This document shows, in pieces, positions 18,701 to 28,200 of a stretch of DNA of 60,343 nt. The stretch is from the IMG/VR virus record IMGVR_UViG_3300042940_002972, positions 1 to 60,343 of that record; one strand, given 5' to 3'. Below the pieces are notes generated by a model that was not told where the DNA came from, did no database searches, and saw only the letters and a list, made by a program, of their open reading frames with translations. Position numbers and translations under genes: made by a program. Numbering within the stretch: position 1 is the stretch's first letter; each line of letters opens with the position of its first letter. This DNA is from a virus. Its lineage: Duplodnaviria > Caudoviricetes.

Positions 18701-20744
18701 TACTTGTGTTAGTATATGTGTAAATTGGTTCTGGTCTACCAAGGAAATCTTGTGTTTTCCAATTTGCTGTCACATTTTCATTGAATGTCAAACCATAAGG
18801 TGGGAACCACATTACTCTACCGCCATTAGGACCCCTTTCACAAATAGGTAATTCATTCACATTTATACCTGGTGTGTTTGATGTTCTCCAAGCTAAATTT
18901 TCTAATGAAAACATATATTTCTTAGCAAAGGCTGAATTATTTGTTCCAATCAAATTTGATGAAGCTTGACCGCCCTCTTGTTTGTTAGGCACTATATTCA
19001 AGTTATAGGTTTTATCAAAAACTGAATATGAAAATCTTCTACCTTCATTTACAACGCCATCTTGTTTTTGTAAATCATTATACTGAAGATATGGTATATC
19101 CTTGGCAAAAACTCTACAGTATTCTGTACCAACCTCGTTTCCTAAAGAACCAACATAACTTAGTACTCTCGAACCTTTAGTTAGTTCTTTATACCCATCA
19201 TTGAAAACTTTACTGACTTGGTCCATAGCATTACCAACATGTTGCAGTCTCCTACCGCCCTGTGGTTGGCTATTTATAATTCTTTGAGTATCATCAAGTA
19301 TTGACCCTTGTCTAAACTCTAAATTTACAGACTCAGTTGAATTGTATGATGAAGGTTTGAAGTCTTGGTCTAACTGTGTTACTTCTCCTCCAATACCAAC
19401 TTTTTTTCCCGCATTCCCCCTGTATTTTGGGGATACCCAAGTGAATCCACCTTCAATTCCACCGCCATTGATATAAGCAGGTCCATTAGCTCCAAGTTTA
19501 ATCTCTCTATTCGGTCCTTCATATAGTTGTGCTAACTCTTGTGGACCATATACAGGGGCTTGAACCTCTTGTCCGAATTCGTTATTCGGTAAATCCCCTG
19601 TAGGTGAAAAAACTCTTGATGGTTCTGAGGTTGGTGAACCTATGTAGTAATTTGAATTGTTTATTGTTGTACCAAATAAAGCCCCACCAACTCTATCAAA
19701 AATATTCCTATCATATCCTGGCTTATATTTGTTATAATTTATACTGCCGAATAATCTTGACCTTTGTCCTCCTCCAGTATTGTCCAAAAATATTTGTGAA
19801 CCTGTCTTCGGGGGTCCTAATAACTGTCCAAAAAAATTACCCACAGTTGTGTTGGACCTTTGAAATGCTAACTGAAGTTGTTGTATTGTGGTTGGAAACC
19901 CTGAATTTATCGATGGGTCGAAATAAGAACCAGGTATTGGCGATGTTGGTATTATACTACCAGCTAATCTGAGGGCGAAATCCGTTGCAGCTAAAATTGG
20001 TCCTGATGGTTGGGTAATTACCCAATTTGGTTCGATGAGAGGAACCCTTGTAGTCAAAAGATTGAATATATCTGTACCACTATCTATATTGAAAAGATTT
20101 ATTCTTCCCAACGTTTGTTGCCTTATTTCTGTGGCAATTCTTTCTTCAAATGACCTTCTGAGTGTAGATGCGCCGAGTCTGGCAATGTATGAATCTTGTG
20201 TCAAAAGACCGTTACTTCCCTGAGGGTCTCTTGTAAGTAGAATTTGTACAGGATTATATGAAGAGGGTACAAAAGTTGATGGGTATGGTTGATTATTATA
20301 TATGTTTCTTGAACCGTTTCTAATCCAATCAGGTTCTGTAATCATTTCACCACTATCAACCGTCCCGTTACCACCGGTACCATAAGCGTTTCTTGGTCTC
20401 CATTCCCTTGCAGCAATTGGTGCTTGGTCTATGATGTGAGCATCTTGTTGTCCTGGTCCATACTCACCTTGGTTTGAACGTGTGTTATTCAATCCACCCA
20501 CATCTCCAACAATTCTATACCCACCTTCAGCCCCAAACTGATTCAGAGGATAAAGTCTGTTGGCTAAAATTGGCGAATCAATTAAAACATCAGGACTGTC
20601 AGTAACCGACAACTGTGATTGTTGATACTCATATGTTATCGGGGGGTCAGGACGATTTGGAGATTTCGGGTAAGGTGCCAAATTTCTCGTCATCAATCGT
20701 GACCTGAACCTTTCGGAACTACTATAATCTAATGGGCTAGGCAC
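15735..20744 (-). CDS. Large baseplate / tail-tube initiator-like protein with an internal OmpA-like domain
   Basis: WKTQDFLGRPEPIYTYTNTSR and PPVLILRVGD...PMIANITLNF (tube-initiator-like halves) flank GSASAANTKDYNLELSKRRIESV...CRRVKI (OmpA-C-like). Confidence 0.6.
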   Translation of the reverse strand: MPSPLDYSSSERFRSRLMTRNLAPYPKSPNRPDPPITYEYQQSQLSVTDSPDVLIDSPILANRLYPLNQFGAEGGYRIVGDVGGLNNTRSNQGEYGPGQQDAHIIDQAPIAAREWRPRNAYGTGGNGTVDSGEMITEPDWIRNGSRNIYNNQPYPSTFVPSSYNPVQILLTRDPQGSNGLLTQDSYIARLGASTLRRSFEERIATEIRQQTLGRINLFNIDSGTDIFNLLTTRVPLIEPNWVITQPSGPILAATDFALRLAGSIIPTSPIPGSYFDPSINSGFPTTIQQLQLAFQRSNTTVGNFFGQLLGPPKTGSQIFLDNTGGGQRSRLFGSINYNKYKPGYDRNIFDRVGGALFGTTINNSNYYIGSPTSEPSRVFSPTGDLPNNEFGQEVQAPVYGPQELAQLYEGPNREIKLGANGPAYINGGGIEGGFTWVSPKYRGNAGKKVGIGGEVTQLDQDFKPSSYNSTESVNLEFRQGSILDDTQRIINSQPQGGRRLQHVGNAMDQVSKVFNDGYKELTKGSRVLSYVGSLGNEVGTEYCRVFAKDIPYLQYNDLQKQDGVVNEGRRFSYSVFDKTYNLNIVPNKQEGGQASSNLIGTNNSAFAKKYMFSLENLAWRTSNTPGINVNELPICERGPNGGRVMWFPPYGLTFNENVTANWKTQDFLGRPEPIYTYTNTSRGGSLQWKIVVDHPSVLNVIVNKVLNNESNKERIDGILESFFAGCKKYDLYELAKRYYTIPPNELQDIQQAISSKNLSKEQVEVAKNTLATGARDTQNSSQPITQPSQNTPQDTLKQFQNFALYFPNDIPAPPSVSPVVGSYSQYYTDYINQSTTTYASQGVFINNVVTQNYNHVQVNLFNELRTVMKNNPLSKVVIDLTGSASAANTKDYNLELSKRRIESVKNLFASDQLLNSYIQSGRITFTENPLGEGAEKVQVFQWDASSNQFISNTEFQSCSDNDDNNNSLAGQSITNSTAMACRRVKIKSITISAPEPSQQPPNIVPTQPTNTSIPPSPPTRVEPKFRPTDNISKRIVRALISECDYFETIKQDSPMLYDNLKDKLKFFQPSFHSTTPEGLNSRLTFLQQCMRPGDTIPTVKATAGGTYELEYNNAVNTAFGTPPVLILRVGDFYNTKIIPTSLSLAFEGLDINPEGIGIQPMIANITLNFNFVGGQGLKTAVDKLQNALTFNYYANTEMWDDRADPTDDSYKVLDKEFLQSVAQPTAPTTNQVQNIAALSNSTTIGDRQTNVITATDETGRISYKNFMDTFVSTTQTYFTSVFNQSKSIFSQYNNAMLQQWSIERKYQEGTFYTDPNTITYLYGKADNLQKNVNKVFTDMIAQINAGQDPWIEWISNTDKDFSRAAKDQMKRNYLDLVRAKQGTFINAATTIVQDVVNTQQAYLQYVSRANIVPYSGTSWDNTDGFQETNGNVVIYWVTGTTGVGPVNAGNPNPPTKTNEELDQDIDIIKVSLNDFYTKITSNVNFTVGSDTYTGILVRINSTEISTIKNDVFFPFSKNPLFSGNPFRRQYMVLSNDLKGDAYQTFKNAMIGNLIENQSLAPRGASMRYSEEFDAYWTGIVKPAFDEEDSLTQTFLNEMETNQMKNFLNFTPFPLGKPREFDYSKSSAPDPNQEILIKSLGAKTNQNTDNKWNTPTTPGGDVLISKVKLN

Positions 20745-20806
20745 TTGATACTTCTATTTAATCAATAAATAGGTAAACATTATTTTTTTTTAAAACTAAA
20801 TTACAA

Positions 20807-22792
20807 TTATGTTGTTACCGAATATTGTCCTTTTTTAGCAATCTTACCTGCTCTGAGTAAAGCACCCTCGGTTACCTCCAAAAGGGCTTGTTTCACAGTT
20901 TCGGGTGATTGTAAAATATATTCAGTGAAAGCAGGATAAGATGGCATACTACTGAAATCTGGTGGAAGTTTTACTGTAAGTTCTGCCGGTATAGGTGTTT
21001 TATCATCAAACGATACTTTCATATTCATTCCTGTTGTAGCCGCCCTTAAACCAGATTCATTTATTGCATTCAATAGTGGTAAAAAGGCCTTTGTTGATGC
21101 CGCATTCACAACAAACTCACCATCTGATAATCTTGTTTCTATAGAATCGCTTGTTGAAGTACCGGGTCCCCTTACTAAACCACCGGTGGCTCTACCTGGG
21201 GGTAATCTTCTTCCACCACCACCAAGTCCTATTTTTCCCAAGATTTCATTTAACATTTCGGTTGCTCCTCTTCCTCTATCCGCATAAACAGTTTGAATAT
21301 CTTTTTTGAAAACATCGTAAATTGCTGGAGCTGAGGCTTTCATATAATCTTTTAATTTTGCTATTTCGTTTTGTTGTTCTCTTTCCCTCTGTGCTTCTGA
21401 AATTTTAGCATCTTGTATATTTTGTAATCTAGTTTTGAACTCTTCCATTTTTTCAAAAAATCCAGATTTTTCGTAACTCTTTCTCAGTGAATCTGCAACA
21501 TCCCTCGTTGCATCCAACGAATTATTCACATTTCTCAAAACTCCTGGCATGTTAAAATATGTTTTAGATAATACCTCTCTTACCGCTTTGAATTCGGCTA
21601 ATAATTTTTCACTTGTTGAAAGTTGAGCTTCTTGTATTTTTTCCAATGTTTTGGGTGCTTCCTCTTGTTGTTTAATCAATCTTTGGAAATCATCTTTATT
21701 TAAATTATACAATTTTTGTTGATATTCATTCCCTTTGTCATCTTTGATTGATACCTCATATTCTCCTCCTTCTCCCATTCTGGCAACGTTTGCAATCATT
21801 TTTTTGTCCTCTTCCGAAACATCAAAGTTTAATCCTGTGGTATTGATTTTTTTTAATTTATCATCCATTTCAGCCGCGGCGAGCGCTGTTCTTCTCATGT
21901 TTTCCGCACTGAGTCCTGTCTCGTCTTCCAAAGCTTTCATTGTGAGAATACCCTGAGGACTGACTCTGAAACTTTTAGTTTTTTCATCAAAATATGTGAA
22001 AGATTTCGCGACATTTATTATACTGTCTTGTAAACCTGATGGGTCGTTTATAGATTGATTCATCAATTGGAATGGGTCTGTGAGATTTCCCACTGAAACT
22101 CCTAATCTTTGAAATGCTGATGCCATCTTTACCGCATCCTCAGGATTTAATACTTTATCTGCAAAGGTAAAGGTTTCTTTCATATCAAACCTTAGTCTCG
22201 AAGCCTGTGCTGCCATTTTGGTCAATCCCATAACTCCTTCGTTGAAATTGTATCTCGAGAGTTGTTCAGTTTGTTTAACCACATCTGCCATTACAACTTT
22301 AGCATTCTGTCCAATCCTTTGAACATAAACTATGGAATCTTCTAAGTTATCTGCAATGTTTTGATATTGTATACCAACAGTCTCAAATTCTCCAACAATA
22401 GTTTGAACGTTTTGTCCTAAAAGTTTACCCACCGTGAATAAATCCTCAACGTCTTTCACGGAAGCAACTACATTTCTTCTTGTACCTGAAGCAATATCAT
22501 TTATCGTTTCTGCGGCATCAGTATAACTACCACCTAAGGAAACTATAGTAGGAGCGGCTGATGAGATTGTTCTCATCATTTCCTGTAATCTTTGTCTTGT
22601 ACCTGTAAATGCTTTGTTTAGGGCTTCTGCGGTAAGAGTTATGTCCTCGAAAGGCTTCAAAGCCGCTATAAGTGGATTTTTTGCCTCCGCAAGCGCTTTG
22701 TTCATTTCTGCGAAAGCTTCGGTAAACCTTTTTATGTTTTCTATGTCATTCTTGGTTGGTGTACCGCCCGTTCCTGTTGTTTGAAAAAACAT
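20807..22792 (-). CDS. Tape measure protein
   Basis: Helical, Ala/Gln/Lys-rich; ATGGLVRGPGTSTSDSIETRLSDGEFVVNA motif common in tape measure proteins; follows the chaperone and tube genes. Confidence 0.7.
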   Translation of the reverse strand: MFFQTTGTGGTPTKNDIENIKRFTEAFAEMNKALAEAKNPLIAALKPFEDITLTAEALNKAFTGTRQRLQEMMRTISSAAPTIVSLGGSYTDAAETINDIASGTRRNVVASVKDVEDLFTVGKLLGQNVQTIVGEFETVGIQYQNIADNLEDSIVYVQRIGQNAKVVMADVVKQTEQLSRYNFNEGVMGLTKMAAQASRLRFDMKETFTFADKVLNPEDAVKMASAFQRLGVSVGNLTDPFQLMNQSINDPSGLQDSIINVAKSFTYFDEKTKSFRVSPQGILTMKALEDETGLSAENMRRTALAAAEMDDKLKKINTTGLNFDVSEEDKKMIANVARMGEGGEYEVSIKDDKGNEYQQKLYNLNKDDFQRLIKQQEEAPKTLEKIQEAQLSTSEKLLAEFKAVREVLSKTYFNMPGVLRNVNNSLDATRDVADSLRKSYEKSGFFEKMEEFKTRLQNIQDAKISEAQREREQQNEIAKLKDYMKASAPAIYDVFKKDIQTVYADRGRGATEMLNEILGKIGLGGGGRRLPPGRATGGLVRGPGTSTSDSIETRLSDGEFVVNAASTKAFLPLLNAINESGLRAATTGMNMKVSFDDKTPIPAELTVKLPPDFSSMPSYPAFTEYILQSPETVKQALLEVTEGALLRAGKIAKKGQYSVTT

Positions 22793-22829
22793 AATTAAAT
22801 ATTATTCAATAAATACAAGACAAAAGTTT

Positions 22830-22985
22830 TTATTCTTTTTTGTGTTCCTCAACCCATTTATCCAATAGATATCTTCTGACAAATATGGGCATGTTCATAA
22901 AGTCATTATAACCAACATGAAAAAGGGTTGATAGATAATAATACTCGTCTATTTGGTTCTTTCTATAATCAGAAGAAAGGGCGAA
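22830..22985 (-). CDS. Downstream tail-chaperone segment (gp51/'T'-like), probably expressed by frameshift from the upstream gene
   Basis: Not in the ORF track. Open +1 frame reads FALSSDYRKNQIDEYYYLSTLFHVGYNDFMNMPIFVRRYLLDKWVEEHKKE*, fills the gap and has no ATG near its 5' end. Confidence 0.7.
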   Translation of the reverse strand, partial: FALSSDYRKNQIDEYYYLSTLFHVGYNDFMNMPIFVRRYLLDKWVEEHKKE

Positions 22986-23715
22986 AAAATTCGACCCCAA
23001 AACTAACGTTGACAGTTAGTTTTTCTCCTGAAGGGGCAATTACTTGTTTGGTTAAATCTAATCTTGGTTCGCTATCTTGCAAGAATTTTCTAATGTACTT
23101 GGAATCCGCTATGGGCATTTGTTCAATAAACTTAGCAATCTCCCCCTTATCAGAGTTACCATCAATCTCTACAATTTGAGATTGTAGAGTAAGAGTGACT
23201 CTCGGTGCAGGTCTGTTAGTCGGGTAACTTTCAAATGTTTTTTGTAGTTGGTTTTGTTCCCCAAAGGTTAGTAGTTTTAATTTTACAGATGCTCCCGAAA
23301 CAGGTAGTTTTGTTGAAAATGTTCCGTCTTCGTTTGGCTCATTTGAACTTTGTTTGATATCCAACTCTGCTAACGATATGTTTGCTTCAAAACTTTTTTT
23401 AGTTGATGGGTCTGTCACATTCATTGTAATGTAGGGTCCAAAAGATGTATTCCTTAAAAAAATGAGGATGGCTTCGATATCCCCTTCCAATAAGTCATCT
23501 ATTTTAATATCAGGTTCATAAATTTTGTGTCTCAAAAGTGCGCCTGTCAAATCGTTTGTATTACCCAAAAGAATATTTTCATCCGATGCAGTAAGATATC
23601 CTACTTTTACTGATTTTTTTTTATTCTTATAAAATTTTCCCCCTGATGGAAATGTTACAACATCATGAGGAAGTGTAAAATTTTGTTGTCCGTATTCTCT
23701 ACTTTGGTCCTGCAT
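22969..23715 (-). CDS. Tail assembly chaperone / gp26-like baseplate hub assembly protein
   Basis: VTFPSGGKFY...LTASDENIL, with a second internal KLPVSG..VKLKLLT repeat; ends FFRPFF; sits between tube and tape measure. Confidence 0.75.
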   Translation of the reverse strand: MQDQSREYGQQNFTLPHDVVTFPSGGKFYKNKKKSVKVGYLTASDENILLGNTNDLTGALLRHKIYEPDIKIDDLLEGDIEAILIFLRNTSFGPYITMNVTDPSTKKSFEANISLAELDIKQSSNEPNEDGTFSTKLPVSGASVKLKLLTFGEQNQLQKTFESYPTNRPAPRVTLTLQSQIVEIDGNSDKGEIAKFIEQMPIADSKYIRKFLQDSEPRLDLTKQVIAPSGEKLTVNVSFGVEFFRPFF

Positions 23716-23722
23716 AAAAAAA

Positions 23723-23757
23723 ATTTAACCGTGAAGTTTATGTCTCCACGGTTAAAT
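23723..23757 (-). terminator. Terminator-like hairpin after the tail tube gene
   Basis: Minus strand ATTTAACCGTG-N13-CACGGTTAAAT followed by a T run immediately before the next ATG. Confidence 0.65.
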
Positions 23758-23787
23758 ATATAAGTTTTATTTTTATTCTAAATACTA

Positions 23788-24276
23788 TTAGTATACCAAC
23801 ACACAACGGTCAGGACGTAAACCACAAGTAATATCTGCCAAAGCGTCATTACTATAGGCCAGTGAACCGAAATTTGCACTTGTTAGGAAAGTTCCGTACA
23901 ATATCCACTTCTCTACAACAACTCCTGTTGGGTCCAACATTTCAAGGTCCACATCTTTTTTGTAACCCGCAGCATAACCCATACGACCTGTCACTGATTC
24001 AGCATGTAAACGAACCCATTCCATCAGAGCCTGTGCCGCTGAAGGACCAATTGGGTCTCTGAATTTAACTTGTATTTCATCCCAATTGAATCTACCAGCA
24101 ACAAATGTTGATGTATTCAAAAATTGAATTTCTGTAGAATTTATTTTGATAGATGGTCTTGAAGCAGATTCAACAAACCATTCGTTGATACCCATGCTTG
24201 AAGGAAACCTCAAAATAAATCGATTCTGCCGTTTCGGTTCGTAGGGTAAGGGCATCTTCATCAGTAAATCAGCCAT
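23788..24276 (-). CDS. Tail tube protein (gp19-like)
   Basis: EPKRQNRF, AGRFNWDEI, YKKDVDLEMLDPTGVVVEKWILYGTF; 162 aa; near the sheath gene. Confidence 0.9.
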   Translation of the reverse strand: MADLLMKMPLPYEPKRQNRFILRFPSSMGINEWFVESASRPSIKINSTEIQFLNTSTFVAGRFNWDEIQVKFRDPIGPSAAQALMEWVRLHAESVTGRMGYAAGYKKDVDLEMLDPTGVVVEKWILYGTFLTSANFGSLAYSNDALADITCGLRPDRCVLVY

Positions 24277-24369
24277 ATAATAAAAGTTTTAATTTCTGTG
24301 TTTATATGTTATAAATATAGTACTAGTGAAAATTTTTTCCTATTTACTTTTTTTTTAAAAAACTCATCT

Positions 24370-25197
24370 TTATTTTACTTCTTTTTTGATTCCTCCAGCA
24401 GTAGAATAAGTCTTTACTAGTTCTGGTTCATCTTCAAAAGCTTTTTTCATCACTTCTATATTCTTTAAATCATCATCTGAAAATCCTATGGTAGGTATAG
24501 ATGGAATGAATTTATTTCCTATATCCATTTTAAGATAACTCCTTTTGTTTAGCAAGGCCGCCATTCCTCTAATATAGTCTACAAATTCTTTCATCGCAAT
24601 AACTTTACCGTGTTCGGGATTTGTGGCTCCAATATCGTCACCAAAAGAAACAGGGTGGTATTTGTTTAGTTCTAAATAAGTTTTAATAAGTTCTTCGTTT
24701 GTCATTTCTTGTTCACCAGCGAAGGTTCTATATTTTTTTAAATTTTTAATAACTTGATTTTTATCTATTCCTTTGAAATCTGAGACTATGTAATTGTAAA
24801 CAGCTTGTTTGAGAGTTCTTGGATTGTGACCCCTAGCTGTAATTATAGCAAAAATAGAACCATTATTCACAGCCTCTACAAAATCTTCCCACGCTGGACC
24901 AGGTTCCGCTTTCATAGCGTCAGTTAAAAATTGTTTGTCTCCGTCTACTCTGAAATCTCTGAAAGCGTTAGGAGCAAAATCAACAATTGTATTACCTCTA
25001 TATTTGAAGGGTCCCTTACCGATTTTACTCCTATACTCTGCAAAATCCTCTGTACTCATACCTACCTCATCACCCTCCTCGTCCAAAAGAAAAATTTCAG
25101 TCGGCATATGTACAATGTTGTCATCCCAATCAAAAGCATAATACTTTAAATCTGGTGTACCCTCTGGATTTATCCCCTCTCGTAATTTAGTTTTCAT
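24370..25197 (-). CDS. HAD-superfamily phosphatase-like protein
   Basis: Motif I FDWDDN, motif II ITARG, motif III Lys (HGK), motif IV FSDDD. Confidence 0.7.
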   Translation of the reverse strand: MKTKLREGINPEGTPDLKYYAFDWDDNIVHMPTEIFLLDEEGDEVGMSTEDFAEYRSKIGKGPFKYRGNTIVDFAPNAFRDFRVDGDKQFLTDAMKAEPGPAWEDFVEAVNNGSIFAIITARGHNPRTLKQAVYNYIVSDFKGIDKNQVIKNLKKYRTFAGEQEMTNEELIKTYLELNKYHPVSFGDDIGATNPEHGKVIAMKEFVDYIRGMAALLNKRSYLKMDIGNKFIPSIPTIGFSDDDLKNIEVMKKAFEDEPELVKTYSTAGGIKKEVK

Positions 25198-25213
25198 TTT
25201 GTAATAAAAAAGT

Positions 25214-25232
25214 GGGGGGTCTAAAACCCCCC
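25214..25232 (-). terminator. Intrinsic terminator after the tail sheath gene
   Basis: Minus strand GGGGGGT-TTTAG-ACCCCCC followed by ACTTTTTT. Confidence 0.8.
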
Positions 25233-25239
25233 GTTTTTA

Positions 25240-28200
25240 TTAGATATTTTCAAACGAAGCACCTGTTGGTGTAATGAAGAATTCGATATCTATGAATTCT
25301 AATGCCTTCGTTGGTTTAAGATATATTTTACCTGTAAGTGTATTTCTATCTAAATCTTCTGGTGATGATGAAACTGTTACACGGAAATCATACAAACCTC
25401 TATCCCTTCTGATTGAATCAAGAATCGGATTGACACTATCCAAGAACTGTTGTCTAACTATTTGGTCATTTTGTTCAAACAACAATCTAACCGCGACAGC
25501 TGAAATCAACTTACGAGCTTGCAACAACAATCTTCTAACATTTAATCTGTTTAGTGCTGTATCTGCCACTTGAAGTGTTTTATTACCCCAAATTACTGTT
25601 CCTACATCAGCGAACGTAGCAATCGGGTTGATTCTTCCTTGGTATAGAGTGTCTCTATCTTGTTGTGTTAGTTTCACTCTCGCTTTGATTGAGTTCACTA
25701 AACCTCTCGTATAACCTGCCGATGCAAACCATGGGAAAGAAATATTATCTGTTAAAGCTAAGTTTCTACAAACTTCGCCGGTTGGTGGAATGTAAATTTG
25801 TGTATTATTTACAGTATCCCTTACTAAAATCCACGGGTAATAAGTTGCTGTGTAGTTAGAGTCAATGCCTGTATTATCAAGATTATCTACAGCTGATTGT
25901 GGGTAAATAACTTGATTTTGGTCAGTTGAATCTGGAAGTAACATGTTGTAGTCAGGTGTTGTAACAATATAAATTGAGTCAGCTCTTTGGAATTGAATCA
26001 TATCTATCGCAGCTTCTACGAGTGTCTGATTATAAACATAATCGATACTTGCTGTTGCAAAAACATTTATATTCGTAGACTCAGGATTTTGAAAAGTTAA
26101 AATACCAAGTAGATAAGCGTAGTAGTCTGTGTTAGCAAAACTCTGACTATCAGCATCTACAGTAATATTTTTGAAAGTACCAAAACCTGTAGCGGTTGGG
26201 TATCTTGCTGTAACACAAGCACCTGCCAAATATCCTGTACCACCTAAAGCGAATCTATCTTCGTTAGTTCTCCTTTCTTCGTAAATGTCCCAACCATCAA
26301 ATCCTCCAGCCATACACAAAGTGAATTTCCTTGCATAGATGAAATAATAAGGATTATCTGGATTTTGGGGGTTTGATGTAAAATCAGCAACACCACATTC
26401 AAAAGCGGTCTGACCACTTGTTGTGTATTCATTTCCAATAGTTACCACTGTAGCTCCTGAATCTAAATGGAAACCTTTTGTCAAACCATTCCAAGGAGCC
26501 GATTCAGTTGCAAAACAAAAATCAATTACAGGATTCTTCTGTCCGAGATATTGTAAGAAAGCGTCTTCTATAGAAAACAAATAAGAAGTAGACATACCTA
26601 AATATGTTCTACGAACTACATCCCCCGGAGAGGTTACGCTATTAGCTCCTCCTGCTGCTGACCCAAATGGAGGGTCAAGAACAACTTCTTGAGGAAAATT
26701 GTATTTTGTCTTGTAAAAAATCATAGGTGCTTGAACACTTGTACTACCATAAATTCTCTGATTAAATCCGTTGAATCCACAAGGTATGGCGTCTATTGGT
26801 GCATTTTCCGCCATCTCAACCATTATGTATTTTGAAATTAGAGCATACTCTCCATCATAGGAACCAATTTTCTTAGCAATAAAATTATTACTAGCCGGGT
26901 CCAAAACACAATTCTGAAATTTTTCAATTACGATAGGATTTGAATCTGTATCAAAGAATTGTCTTACTAACACGTCAAAAGTCATATTATCAAACGAAAG
27001 ATTCGCAATAGAAATCTTTACTTCTGTATTTGCCGCATCACCATCTGAAATTGAGATGAATCTAAATAAGTTGTATACTTTATTACCTCTCAATTCGGAA
27101 ACTAAGTAAGGAGATTTTGGTGATTGGTATCTTTGTAATTTCCATGCTATAGAATCCGAAGCTAGACTTCTTGCTGAATCGAGTGCAATCATATTACAAT
27201 TCAATCCACGAATATAACTTTGGTTGTAAGCATATTCCAACGAACCAGAATAAAGCTCCTCAACGAAAATTGGGGTTTCAAATCTTGGTTTATCAAAATT
27301 ACCAATACCTAAAACTTTCGTAATAAATTGCGGTGAAGTTGCTAGTAATGAGTTTTCGAATGAAAAAGTATTCCCATCTCTTGTAACGCCACTAAGTAGG
27401 AAAGTTGCAAACGGGTCTTGAGTAACACCTGAGTATTGATTTGTGCAAATCATATCCAAATCTGTTGTACCTGTGACCTCATATATCGGGCCATGGTTAG
27501 GACTTGAATTACTATTTGTGTATAATGAAATACCTCTAGACCTCAAAGTTGCTACAACCATGTTATTGAAATCGGGATAAGCAGTACCTGAAAAATTATA
27601 AACGTTACCTGACACTGAACCTGTGAAAGTACCAGAGCCAATATCCTGTAAACTGTCAATATAAAAATCCCAAGAATAACCAGTATATGAATTATTCGCA
27701 CCTGGTTCGAAAGTAGCATAAAACCACGTATCATTATCTGAGGAACTCAAATCGTTAAAAGCCAAATTTAAATTGTTTACTCCAAAAGCATTATTAGTAG
27801 TACTGTAGACTGATGTAATACTGTTATAATCCCCATCAGGAACAGAACCATAAAAAAACGAAGAAGTAGCACTCAAAGAAGTATCCGCTAAAACTTGTTG
27901 TATGTAGTTATCCAAACTTTGTTGATAGGTAGAAGTACTTCCGTTGGACAAAATATATTGAGATGTAAAATCATTCGATACATCTGTAGGGAACGTATTA
28001 CCCCAAACAGTTACACTAGCTGTAGTTGCGGTGAATGTATTTGTAAAAGATGTTGTACCTGTTGAATCAACGGTTGTTGGGTCAACGTTAGCAATAGTTG
28101 TAATGGACCAAGATGGGCCTGCATCATAACCTGACAAACCTAAAACTCTTGTGACAAATAATTGATTAGATTGTTGTAGGTATGATTTAGCTATATAAGC

